Of a stretch of DNA of 64,000 nucleotides, positions 1-8,592 are shown piece after piece. The stretch comes from an uncultured Gemmatimonadales bacterium. Its GTDB lineage: Bacteria; Gemmatimonadota; Gemmatimonadetes; Gemmatimonadales; Gemmatimonadaceae. Position numbers and translations under genes: made by a program. Below the pieces are notes generated by a model that worked only from the letters and a program-made list of their open reading frames with translations, made no database searches and was not told the origin of the DNA. The stretch lies in assembly GCA_963851265.1 (NCBI GenBank), contig CAWKNZ010000007.1, positions 711,091 to 775,090 of the forward strand. Direction: 5' to 3'. Positions within the stretch are counted from its first letter, which is position 1. Every line of letters starts with the position of its first letter.

Positions 1-264
1 GCCGCCGACGGCGTCACGCCCGACGAGCTGGCGCGCGCGCAGACGTACGCGTTAGGCACCTACGCCATCGCGCGGCAGGGCGGGGGCGCGGTGCTCGGCG
101 ACGTGCTCGACGCGTGGCAGGCCGGCGACGGACTGCACGAGCTGGACGAGTACGAGGCGCGGGTGCGGGCCGTCACCACGGACGACGTGCGCGCGTTCGC
201 GGCCGCGCACTTCGATCCGGCGCGCCACGTCGAGGGCGTGGTGCGCGGAGCGGACGCGACCTGA
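1..264 (+). CDS. C-terminal fragment of a probable M16 (pitrilysin/insulinase) family peptidase, 5'-truncated by the window edge
   Basis: Frame 1 is open from base 1 to TGA at 262-264. It reads ...GVTPDELARAQTYALG...EYEARVRAVTTDDVRAFAAAHF..., typical of the M16 C-terminus. Not in the ORF track. Confidence 0.65.
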   Translation, partial: AADGVTPDELARAQTYALGTYAIARQGGGAVLGDVLDAWQAGDGLHELDEYEARVRAVTTDDVRAFAAAHFDPARHVEGVVRGADAT

Positions 265-307
265 CGCGGCCGCGGGCGCGCGCCGCGACGGCAGCCCCGC
301 CGCGCGG

Positions 308-586
308 CTACCGCGGCTGGTAGAGCGTCGGCGTGGCGCGCTCGCCACCCTCGGCTGACGTCCGGTCCGCGAGCAGCGCGGCGGTGAACCGCTGCCCTTC
401 GGCCACGCGCTCGACCTCGATCGCGATCGCGTCGACGGCCTGCTCGATGCGCGCGAGCCGCGCGTCCATCGCGCGCAGCTCGGGCCCCCCGGCGCCGCGG
501 CCGCGGCCGGCCATCGTCCTCACCACGCTGACGATGGTGCCGGAAATGATGGCGACGACGGAAACGAAGGCGAGCGCGTGCGACAC
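308..586 (-). CDS. Small membrane-anchored coiled-coil hypothetical protein
   Basis: N-terminal hydrophobic helix, then RLARIEQAVDAIAIEVERVAEGQRF. Start uncertain. Confidence 0.65.
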   Translation of the reverse strand: MSHALAFVSVVAIISGTIVSVVRTMAGRGRGAGGPELRAMDARLARIEQAVDAIAIEVERVAEGQRFTAALLADRTSAEGGERATPTLYQPR

Positions 587-734
587 GAGGACTCCGGGAT
601 GATCGGCGGGTGAGGCGCCCCGGCGTGCGGGGCCGCGCGCCGGCCATGACCGTGCCGGCTCGGGCCCTACGGCCGCGACCGCCCGGCGGTGTCAACGCCT
701 CCGGCCGGCTCCGGGAGGCACGCGGCGCCCGCCG

Positions 735-1916
735 TCACCCCGCGAACCGCACGCACACCGGCGCCGGCACCTCCACGTGCAGCCCGCTCGGCGTGAGGCG
801 CCCGCTCGACCGGTCGACGCGGAATCCCGTGATCGTGTTGGACCGCTGGTTGGCCGCGTACAGGAACGCCCCCGAAGGGTCGAGCGCGAAGTTGCGCGGC
901 CAGTCGCCGCCCGTCGGCACGCGCTGCACGAGCGTGAGCGTGCCCGTCCGCTGGTCGATCCCGAACACGACGAGCACGTTGTCGCCGCGCACCGACGCGT
1001 AGAGGAACCGCCCCGAGGGCGCGACGTGCAGGTCGGCGGCCGTGCGCTCGGTCGCGCCCGACGCCTCCACCGCGGGCACGGTCTGCAGCGGCGTCAGCGC
1101 CCCGGTGGCCGGGTCGAAGCGGTACGCGCCGACCGTGAGGTCCAGCTCGTTGGTGACGTAGACGAAGCGCCCGCCCGGGTGGAAGGCGATGTGGCGCGGC
1201 CCCGCGCCGGGCCGCGTCGCGATGGTCGGCACTGCGGCGGGGGTGAGCGCGCCACCCGAACCGCCGAGCGCGTAGACGTAGATCTGATCGGTGCCGAGGT
1301 CTGCGGAGAGCGCGAAGCGACCCGACGGATCGGGGACGATGCTGTGCGCGTGCGGGCTCTGCTGCCGGTCGGTACGCGGCCCCGAGCCGGTGTGCGGCAG
1401 TAGCTGCGTGAGCGCGCCGAGGCTGCCGTCCGCCGCGATCGGTAACGCGGCGACGCTCCCGCCCGTGTAGTTCGCGACCAGCGCGGTGCGTCCCGCGGGG
1501 TCGACCGAGATGTAGGCCGGCGCCGCGCCACCCGACGCGTGCGGCTGACCGAGCGGGGTGAGCTCGCCGGAGCCCGCGGCAATCGCGAAGGCACTCACCG
1601 CGCCCGACGCCGCACCCTCGTACTTCTCGACCTCGTTGACCGCGTACAGCACCGTACCGCGCGGGTGGAGGGCGAGGAACGACGGGTTGGGCCCCACGAC
1701 GCTCGCGCCGAGCGGGCGCCACTCGCCGGTCGTCGGGTTCACGCGGTAGCGGTACACGCCCTCCGTGCGCCCGCCCTCGGTGTAGGTGCCCACGTAGACG
1801 AGGCGCCCGTCCTCGACGGATGCGCCGGACGGCGCCCGGCCGTCGCGACCGGTGGACGCGCGGGCCGCGAGCCAGACGGCCCCGGCGGAGGAAGCGAGGA
1901 AGTCGCGACGATTCAC
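735..1916 (-). CDS. pgl: Lactonase family 7-bladed beta-propeller (6-phosphogluconolactonase/gluconolactonase-like) with Tat signal
   Basis: MNRRDFL twin-arginine signal; VYVGTYT, PHAHS, GPRH and WPRNF motifs; next to gntP and gntK. Confidence 0.85.
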   Translation of the reverse strand: MNRRDFLASSAGAVWLAARASTGRDGRAPSGASVEDGRLVYVGTYTEGGRTEGVYRYRVNPTTGEWRPLGASVVGPNPSFLALHPRGTVLYAVNEVEKYEGAASGAVSAFAIAAGSGELTPLGQPHASGGAAPAYISVDPAGRTALVANYTGGSVAALPIAADGSLGALTQLLPHTGSGPRTDRQQSPHAHSIVPDPSGRFALSADLGTDQIYVYALGGSGGALTPAAVPTIATRPGAGPRHIAFHPGGRFVYVTNELDLTVGAYRFDPATGALTPLQTVPAVEASGATERTAADLHVAPSGRFLYASVRGDNVLVVFGIDQRTGTLTLVQRVPTGGDWPRNFALDPSGAFLYAANQRSNTITGFRVDRSSGRLTPSGLHVEVPAPVCVRFAG

Positions 1917-1923
1917 GGCGATG

Positions 1924-3324
1924 TCAGGGGAAGACGACCCGCAGGAGGAGCGCGGCCGCGAGCCCGGTGAGCGCGATGATCGCCTCCATCACGCTCCACG
2001 TGGCGAACGTCTGCCGCACGGTGAGGTTGAAGTACTGCTTGAACATCCAGAAGCCGGTGTCGTTGACGTGCGAGAACATGAGGCTCCCCGCACCCGTCGC
2101 GATCACCAGCAGTTCGGGCCGCGCGACGCCGGCGTGCGCGATCGGCGCGATGATGCCCGCCGTGGTCAGCGCCGCGACCGTCGCCGACCCGACGGCGAAC
2201 CGTAACGCCGCGGCGACCGCGAAGGCGAGGAGGATGGGGTTCCAGCGCAGCAGGATCGCGCGCCGCGCGACGTAGTCGGCCACGCCGCCGTCGCGTAGAA
2301 CCTGCGCGAACGCGCCGCCCGCGGCGATGACGAGCACGAGCATCGCCACGCCCCCGACGGCCCCCGCGAGCGCGGGCATCAGGTCGTCCATCCGTCGCCC
2401 GCGCCGCACGCCGAGCGTGTAGAGCGCGACGAGAACCCCGGCGAGCAGGGCGACGTTCGCGTTGCCGACGAACTTGCCGGCGACCACGACCGCCCGCAGC
2501 GTCGGGTCGGGCACCGCCGCCGCGAGGCGGGTCGTGAAGCCCGCGACGTTGCCGATGGGGTCGAGGGCCGCCGTCCCCGCCACCGCGTCGACCAGCGCGC
2601 CCGAGAGCATGCAGAGCACGGGAACGAGCGCCGTCCCGGCCGCGACGCCGATCCTGGGGAGCGCGGCCGGGTCGACCTCACGCCGCGTGAACAGCGCCGG
2701 CGGGGGCACCGCGGCGGCCACCGCTCCCGTGCGCAGCGTGCGGCCGAAGAGGATCCCGCCGAGCAGGACGGCGGGCACGGCCGCGACCAGACCGACCGCG
2801 AGCGTCCGCCCCACCCCGGCGCCGTACGCGTAGGCGAGGAACGTCGGCGCGGGGTGCGGCGGCAGGAACCCGTGCGTGGCCGACAGCGCCGAGGCGAGCG
2901 GCACGCCGAGGTAGGCGAGCGGCAGCCCGGTAGCGACGCTGAGCGCGTAGACGAGCGGGATGAGCACGAGGAAGCCCGCGTTGTACAGCATGGGCAGTCC
3001 GACGAGCAGCCCGGCCGCCGCCATCGCGAACGGCACCCGGCGCGGCCCGAACGCCGCGGCGAGCCGGCCGACGATCACGTGCGCCGCGCCGCTCTCGTCG
3101 AGCAGCCGGCCGAGCATCGCGCCGAACACCAACACCAGCACCACGCTCCCCATCGTCGACCCGATGCCGCGCAGCATCGCGTCGAGCACGGCGAGCGGGC
3201 CCATGCCGTTGAGCAGGCCGACCGCGACGGCCGTCAGCAACAGCGCGAAGAACGCGTCGAGCCGCACCACGAGGACGAGGACGAGCAGTAGCGCGATCCC
3301 GGCCGTGACCCAGAGCAGTGGCAT
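1924..3324 (-). CDS. gntP: GntP family gluconate:H+ symporter
   Basis: Polytopic membrane protein with HGFLPPHPAP and SHVNDTGFWMFK motifs. Confidence 0.9.
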   Translation of the reverse strand: MPLLWVTAGIALLLVLVLVVRLDAFFALLLTAVAVGLLNGMGPLAVLDAMLRGIGSTMGSVVLVLVFGAMLGRLLDESGAAHVIVGRLAAAFGPRRVPFAMAAAGLLVGLPMLYNAGFLVLIPLVYALSVATGLPLAYLGVPLASALSATHGFLPPHPAPTFLAYAYGAGVGRTLAVGLVAAVPAVLLGGILFGRTLRTGAVAAAVPPPALFTRREVDPAALPRIGVAAGTALVPVLCMLSGALVDAVAGTAALDPIGNVAGFTTRLAAAVPDPTLRAVVVAGKFVGNANVALLAGVLVALYTLGVRRGRRMDDLMPALAGAVGGVAMLVLVIAAGGAFAQVLRDGGVADYVARRAILLRWNPILLAFAVAAALRFAVGSATVAALTTAGIIAPIAHAGVARPELLVIATGAGSLMFSHVNDTGFWMFKQYFNLTVRQTFATWSVMEAIIALTGLAAALLLRVVFP

Positions 3325-3363
3325 AGGTCGTACATGCTAACCCGGCGTATGCCGCCCTCGCGC

Positions 3364-3894
3364 ATGGTGATCATCGTCATGGGGCCTGCGGGCTCGGGGA
3401 AGTCCTTCGTCGGGGAACGCCTCGCCGCCGCACTCGGCTGGCGCTTCTACGAGGGCGACGCATTCCACCCCGCGGCCAACGTCGCGCGCATGCGCGCGGG
3501 GCTGCCGTTGGGTGACGCGGAGCGCGCGCCGTGGCTCGACGCGCTGGCGCACGTGGTCGCGGACTGCCTCGCGGGCGGAACGCCGGCGGTGCTCACGTGC
3601 TCCGCATTACGGCGTGCGTACCGGAGCGCACTCGTGCCGGCCGGCGCCGCGCCGGGGACGGTGCGCTTCGTGTACCTGCGCGCCACACCGGCGCTCCTCG
3701 CCGCGCGTCTCGCCGCGCGCGCGGGGCACTTCTTCGCGCCCGACCTCCTCGCGAGTCAGCTCGCCGCACTCGAGCCGCCCGACGACGCGGAACCGGCGCC
3801 CGTGCTCGTCCTCGACGCCGCCGCGTCGCCAGACGCGCTGATTGATGACGTATGCCGCACATTCGCACTCGACCAACGACCGAAATCGCACTGA
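3364..3894 (+). CDS. gntK: Gluconokinase (GntK/IdnK type)
   Basis: MGPAGSGKS P-loop, EGDAFHP, CSALRRAYR and SQLAALEPP motifs; alternative ATGs at 3334 and 3349. Confidence 0.9.
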   Translation: MVIIVMGPAGSGKSFVGERLAAALGWRFYEGDAFHPAANVARMRAGLPLGDAERAPWLDALAHVVADCLAGGTPAVLTCSALRRAYRSALVPAGAAPGTVRFVYLRATPALLAARLAARAGHFFAPDLLASQLAALEPPDDAEPAPVLVLDAAASPDALIDDVCRTFALDQRPKSH

Positions 3895-4232
3895 CGCGCC
3901 ACAAATCCGCGTCCCCGCGCGTGTACGGCGCGGCCCGTGCGAGACTGCGACCCGTGCCCTCCTCCGACGCCTCGGCCGGCAATCCCGCCGGCAACGCCCC
4001 GCTGCGCGGCGAGGCGCGCTCCGCGCAGCCGCGGCCGTTGCGGCGCGTGCTCGTCCACATGGGCGTCGAATGGACCGTGACCGAGTGTGACGGCTCGCAG
4101 GTCCCCGGCTCGCGCGGTGCGCGGTGCCTCGTGTTCGCGTCGTCTGAGGCGATCCGCCGCGTCTGGGACGTGCCGCCCGACTGGTACACCCTCCCCGACG
4201 CGACACTCTTCGCGCTCAGCTGGCGGCGCTGA
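3852..4232 (+). CDS. Hypothetical protein (start uncertain)
   Basis: Protein-like C-terminal segment WTVTECDG...CLVFASSEAIRRVWDVPPDW...LSWRR. Confidence 0.55.
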   Translation: MPHIRTRPTTEIALTRHKSASPRVYGAARARLRPVPSSDASAGNPAGNAPLRGEARSAQPRPLRRVLVHMGVEWTVTECDGSQVPGSRGARCLVFASSEAIRRVWDVPPDWYTLPDATLFALSWRR

Positions 4233-4344
4233 ACGGGGCGAGGCGGCGGGCGACGCGTCGCACGTGGCCGCGCCCGGGACGACGCGCGGACCGGCGGCAC
4301 CGAATGTGAACCGGGCGCCTGCGTCCCTCATCCCTCCCGTCCGC

Positions 4345-4761
4345 ATGGCTGACCAGTCCGACCGCTCCGAATCGCGCCAACAGGCGCTCAACCCGCACCG
4401 CGACGAGGACCGCCAGCGCGCGGCCGACGTCGCCTACTCGCAGCTCCGCCAGCGCGGCGTCGACGTCACCGGTGACGAGGACCCCGACGCGCTCGCCGAC
4501 ATCCTCGAGTCCGTCGAGCGCTTCGAGAACGCCGTCTCGATGCTCGGCGCCGACCGCATGACCAACGCGCCCGACAGCGCGCAGCCCGACGACCGCCGCC
4601 TCGTGCTCCCCCCGCGGCTCGACGGCGAGGCGCCCGCGACCTACGCGCGCCGCATCCGCTCGGCGGCCGACGGCATCCAGAGCCGCGCGCCGGCCGACGC
4701 GCCGGCCCAGGGCGCGGGCGACGCCGCGTTAGGCGGTCTGGCCGCCGACGCGCAGGGCTGA
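4345..4761 (+). CDS. Hypothetical protein
   Basis: ATG at 4345 (MADQSDR...); acidic helical composition with GC3-biased codons. Confidence 0.7.
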   Translation: MADQSDRSESRQQALNPHRDEDRQRAADVAYSQLRQRGVDVTGDEDPDALADILESVERFENAVSMLGADRMTNAPDSAQPDDRRLVLPPRLDGEAPATYARRIRSAADGIQSRAPADAPAQGAGDAALGGLAADAQG

Positions 4762-4796
4762 GCGCGGCGGGGCGGCGCGCCGCCATGCCGGCACCG

Positions 4797-4838
4797 GTCG
4801 CGCCGTAGCCGGTCGCGCGCGACCGGCTACGGCGCGAC
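4797..4838. terminator. 42-bp perfect palindrome between convergent genes, overlapping a stop codon
   Basis: gtcgcgccgtagccggtcgcg|cgcgaccggctacggcgcgac. Confidence 0.6.
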
Positions 4839-6410
4839 GCCCTCGCGCAACCCGCGCAGTGCGCGGCGTACGGCGTTCATCGCCGGGCGCACCGCCCCAC
4901 TCGCGCCGCGCAGGCCGGTCATCTCGGTGTAGTCCCCGGGCTCGCCGACGAGCACGCCGCCGATTTCGGGCCGCCCGCTCGCCCAGGCGATCGTGTGCCA
5001 CACGACCCCTTCCTGGCTCGCGACGCCGTGCACCACGGGGAACCCGCGCACGTCGAACACCCACTCCTCCTTCGGCCGCGGCGGCGCGTCCGGGGCGGAC
5101 TCGGCCGCGCGCACCCAACGTTCGGCCGCGCGGAGCCGCGCGTCGACCCCGCCGGCGCCGCTGAACGACGGGCGCACCGTGAATCCCACCACGTCGAGCG
5201 GCGCCGCGCGCGACGCGGCCCACGCCCAGAGCGTGCTGTCCGCCGCGCTGTAATCGCCCGCCGCGACGCCGACGCGGATCCGGCGGTTGACCGCGTGGGC
5301 GCGCGTGGCCGCGGCCGCGAGATAGCGCTCCCACTCCGCGGGGGCCAGACGGCCCACGTCGTCCGTCGCGTCGCCGTAGGGCGCGCCGGCCGGAAGGATC
5401 AGGTCGGGGCGGAGCGCGCGTGCCGCGCGCTCGACGAGCGCCAGCCGCCGCGCGTCGAACCCCTCCGGGTCGGCACGCCGCCGGGCCGCGTCGCCCGGCT
5501 CGTAGTCGAGCGTGACGACGAGGAGCGTGCTGTCGCGCTGCGTGGGTTCGAGCACCCCGGACAGCGAGTCGAGCGCGGTGAGCGCGAGCCCGCCGGGGCG
5601 GAGCCGCACGTGCACCGCGTCGAGGTCGACCGAGTCGACGAGCGGCGCGTCGTTGCGGACCGTGAGCGCGGGCGGCGGCCCGGCGAGGTGCGTCAGCATC
5701 GCGAGCCCGACCGCGAGATCGCCGTTCGGCCGCTCGCTCAGGCGTTCCGTGCGGTAGGGCGCGTAGCTCGCGATCGCCGCCGTCGCTCGCGGCAGCTCGA
5801 GGACCGTCACGCCCGCGACGAACGCCGCCGACACCGAAATCAGCGCGCGCGTCGCACGCGTGAGCCGCCAGCGTGCCGGATAGGCGGGCACGAGCAGGGG
5901 CACGAGCACCGCGAGCGGTGAGACGAGTGCCGCGTTGCCGAGCACCGTGCCGAGCACCGTCGCCTGGGCGGCCGAGAGCGAGAGGAGAAACGCGGGCGGT
6001 TCGACCCCGCGTTCGACGAGGTAGCGGGTGACGGTGACCAGCGTGACGACGAGGTCGTACACGACGAGCGGGATCCCGACGAGTGGCGTGACGAGCCTCC
6101 GCCCGGTGGCGTAGGCCGCCTGCGCGAGCACCAGCAGCGCCGTGAGCGGCCAGAGCCACGCCACCGTGTTCACCGCACGGCCGCCGTACAGCGTGCTTCC
6201 CGCGATGTGCGTGAGGTAGGCCGGCGCGATGAGCAGCCCACACACGCCGCTCAGCAGGGCGAGCGCGCCTGGCGCGCGGCGCAGCTGCGCGATGCGCCCC
6301 GCGTAGGCCACGTTCCACGCGACGGCGAGCAGCGTCGCCGCTGCGTACCCCGCCACCGACGGCTCGACCGTCGGAACGACGGCGAGCGCCAGTACCGCGA
6401 GTCCTGCCAT
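4827..6410 (-). CDS. Membrane protein with about six N-terminal TM helices and a C-terminal soluble alpha/beta (possibly glycoside-hydrolase-like TIM-barrel) domain
   Basis: Hydrophobic first ~210 aa, then alternating alpha/beta segments (LDVVGF, KEEWVF); start overlaps the stop of the SpeD-like gene. Confidence 0.65.
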   Translation of the reverse strand: MAGLAVLALAVVPTVEPSVAGYAAATLLAVAWNVAYAGRIAQLRRAPGALALLSGVCGLLIAPAYLTHIAGSTLYGGRAVNTVAWLWPLTALLVLAQAAYATGRRLVTPLVGIPLVVYDLVVTLVTVTRYLVERGVEPPAFLLSLSAAQATVLGTVLGNAALVSPLAVLVPLLVPAYPARWRLTRATRALISVSAAFVAGVTVLELPRATAAIASYAPYRTERLSERPNGDLAVGLAMLTHLAGPPPALTVRNDAPLVDSVDLDAVHVRLRPGGLALTALDSLSGVLEPTQRDSTLLVVTLDYEPGDAARRRADPEGFDARRLALVERAARALRPDLILPAGAPYGDATDDVGRLAPAEWERYLAAAATRAHAVNRRIRVGVAAGDYSAADSTLWAWAASRAAPLDVVGFTVRPSFSGAGGVDARLRAAERWVRAAESAPDAPPRPKEEWVFDVRGFPVVHGVASQEGVVWHTIAWASGRPEIGGVLVGEPGDYTEMTGLRGASGAVRPAMNAVRRALRGLREGVAP

Positions 6411-6760
6411 CAGCCGCGCGCGTGCGCTTCGGCGTGCACCGAGCGCGCGCTCAGGCGCCGGGCAAACACGTCGGCCGCCTTGCGCGGATCGCCCGCGAGC
6501 GGCGCCAGCACGTCGAGCAGCAGCACGCCTTCGTCCGGGCGCGTGTGCACGATGATGTGGCAGCTGCCCAGGAGGAGCGCCGCCGCGATCCCACCGCTGG
6601 GCAGCGTGCGGATCACCGGCGTGCCGTCGCCCGCGATCGCGCTCAGCCCCGCCGCCCCCGCCGCGGCGACGAGCAACCCCCCGACGAGGGCGCGGTCGGT
6701 GAGCTGCGCGGCGGGCACTCCGGCGAAGTCGGCGAGCAAGTGCGTGAACGCGGGGGGCAA
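6410..6760 (-). CDS. S-adenosylmethionine decarboxylase (SpeD class 1B)-fold protein with altered cleavage motif
   Basis: HLLADF at the N-terminus and GGIAAALLLGSCHIIVHTRPDEG align with G(V)TGxxLLxESHxxxHTWPE. Confidence 0.7.
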   Translation of the reverse strand: MPPAFTHLLADFAGVPAAQLTDRALVGGLLVAAAGAAGLSAIAGDGTPVIRTLPSGGIAAALLLGSCHIIVHTRPDEGVLLLDVLAPLAGDPRKAADVFARRLSARSVHAEAHARG

Positions 6761-6873
6761 GCGAGGGCCAGCGACGAGCGGCGGCGAGGGCGGGCGATCG
6801 ATCCGGGCACGTTACGGGCCCACGCCCGCGCGCGGCAGTGGGCGCCGCGCAGGCCTGTCGTGCGTCCGACGCG

Positions 6874-6906
6874 ACGCGTCCGGCGTACGCGTCCGGCGTA
6901 CGCGTC
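6874..6906. repeat. 13-bp tandem repeat (acgcgtccggcgt, about 2.5 copies) in a divergent intergenic region
   Basis: Read directly from the sequence. Confidence 0.6.
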
Positions 6907-6976
6907 GGTCGCAGCCGCCCGTAGCGCCGGCGCTCGGGGGCGCGCGCGAGCGTACGGGCGGTATAGCTTCTCGCCC

Positions 6977-7534
6977 ATGCCGTTCACCCCCGCCGCCAGG
7001 CCGGCCACTTCGGGGCCGACGACGCTGTGGACGCTGCCCAACGTCGTGTCGCTCTCGCGCGTCGCGCTCGCCGTCGGCTTCGTCGCCTCCACGGGGCCGG
7101 GCCAGCAGCTCGCCTACGTCGGCGTTGCCTCGCTCACCGACTTTCTGGACGGCTGGCTCGCGCGGCGCCGCAACGCGGTCACGCGCTGGGGCGCGCTGCT
7201 CGATCCGATCGCGGACCGCATCTTCGTGCTCGCCGCGGTCGCGACGTTCGTCGCGCACGGCGCGCTCGCGCCGTGGCAGGCGGTCGCGCTCCTCCTGCGC
7301 GACGTGATGACGGTGATCGGCTTCTTCGTCGCGCGCTCGATCGCGTGGCTCCGCCCGGTGCGCTTCCGCGCCCGCCCGCTCGGCAAGGTCGTCACCGGAT
7401 TTCAGCTCGCCACGCTGTTCGCGCTGATCCTCGTGCCGCGCCTCGCGTCGTGGCTCGTCGTCACCGTACTCCTGCTCGCGATCGCGGCCACGGTGGACTA
7501 CACCCTCCTGCTGTGGCGCGAGCGCGAACGCTGA
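6977..7534 (+). CDS. CDP-alcohol phosphatidyltransferase (PgsA-like)
   Basis: TLPNVVSLSR and DFLDGWLARRRNAVTRWGALLDPIAD signature; ATG at 6977. Confidence 0.9.
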   Translation: MPFTPAARPATSGPTTLWTLPNVVSLSRVALAVGFVASTGPGQQLAYVGVASLTDFLDGWLARRRNAVTRWGALLDPIADRIFVLAAVATFVAHGALAPWQAVALLLRDVMTVIGFFVARSIAWLRPVRFRARPLGKVVTGFQLATLFALILVPRLASWLVVTVLLLAIAATVDYTLLLWRERER

Positions 7535-8037
7535 CACGGGCACGGACGCAGTCCCGCACGGCCCGCGTCGCCCTGGCGGCGCTGCTCGCCCTCGTAGTCG
7601 GCGCCCGCCGCGGCGCCGCCCAGCCCGCCGCCGACGCGCCACTCCGGCCGAGCCTGGCGGCGACCGCGGTGTTCGACGCGCACCCGCTCGGCCTCGTCAG
7701 CGCGGGCGTGGAGGGCGACGCGGGACTCTACACGCGCCTCGGTCTCAGCGCCGCGATCGGCACCTCGACCGCGAGCGGCGCGCACACCGTGGGCGAGGTG
7801 GCCGCCACCGGGCGCTTTCTGCTCGACCCGCTTCGCCAGCAGGCCCACGGGGTGTACGCGACCGGGGGGCTCGCGCTCCGCCTACAGCGGGCCACGCGAC
7901 CGCGCCCCCTGGTGCTCGCCGGGTTGGGCGTCGAAGGGCGCCCGCTCGGGCCGGTGATGCCGGCGCTGGAAGCCGGGCTGGGCGGCGGGGCGCGGCTCGG
8001 CGTGGTGCTGCGCCCGGCGCGTCCGCGGCGCCGCTGA
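7531..8037 (+). CDS. Hypothetical exported protein with amphipathic beta-strands
   Basis: Signal-peptide-like ALAALLALVV...AAQP followed by strand-like segments; no clear ATG, possible CTG start overlapping the upstream stop. Confidence 0.45.
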   Translation: MTRARTQSRTARVALAALLALVVGARRGAAQPAADAPLRPSLAATAVFDAHPLGLVSAGVEGDAGLYTRLGLSAAIGTSTASGAHTVGEVAATGRFLLDPLRQQAHGVYATGGLALRLQRATRPRPLVLAGLGVEGRPLGPVMPALEAGLGGGARLGVVLRPARPRRR

Positions 8038-8157
8038 GCGCCCGCCGGGCGCGGCGTTAGGCGCGGGCGCGCCGGCCGGAAATGCGAACGCCCCCGAGTG
8101 CGGGGGCGCTGCGGACGTGCGGGCTCGGCGGGCGATCGGTGCCGGGCGGTGCTGACG

Positions 8158-8448
8158 TCAGGCCGCGGTCGTCGCGACCTGCTGCCGCTTCGGCGGCTGC
8201 GCGAAGCGCTCGCCGAGGGTGCGGAGCTCGCGGAGCTGCGCCGGGGCGAGCTCGGAGAAGCGGTCGGTCATGTACGCCATGGTGGCGTCGAACCACTCCT
8301 TCTGGTGCTCCGGCTCGGCGCCGATGACGCCGCACGACATCACGTGCTGGAACAGCTCGTCGCGCGCCTCCTCGAACGGGGTCGGGGCGGCCGTCTCGCG
8401 ACGGGGTCGGACGGCGGGGCCGCCCGCTTGCTGTCTCACTCTGCTCAT
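8158..8448 (-). CDS. Small helical hypothetical protein
   Basis: FEEARDELFQHVMSCGVIGA...WFDATMAYM; AT-rich upstream region; hairpin downstream at 8089-8108. Confidence 0.75.
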   Translation of the reverse strand: MSRVRQQAGGPAVRPRRETAAPTPFEEARDELFQHVMSCGVIGAEPEHQKEWFDATMAYMTDRFSELAPAQLRELRTLGERFAQPPKRQQVATTAA

Positions 8449-8592
8449 GTAATCGGGTTATGGACGAAAGGTTAGATATTGCTGCTGTAAAGTAATGGGA
8501 CTGCGTGCCAGTTCCTAGCCAAAATGCCTGACGTGGTGCCGGGATCCGCGCCCCGTCGCGCGACCGTGACAGGGCGCCGCGTGCGGTCGGCA

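Noticed and set aside
8495..8512. Possible sigma-54 promoter (TGGCACG on the minus strand) upstream of the 8158-8448 gene
   Set aside because: The -12 TTGC element is absent (CCCA at that position)
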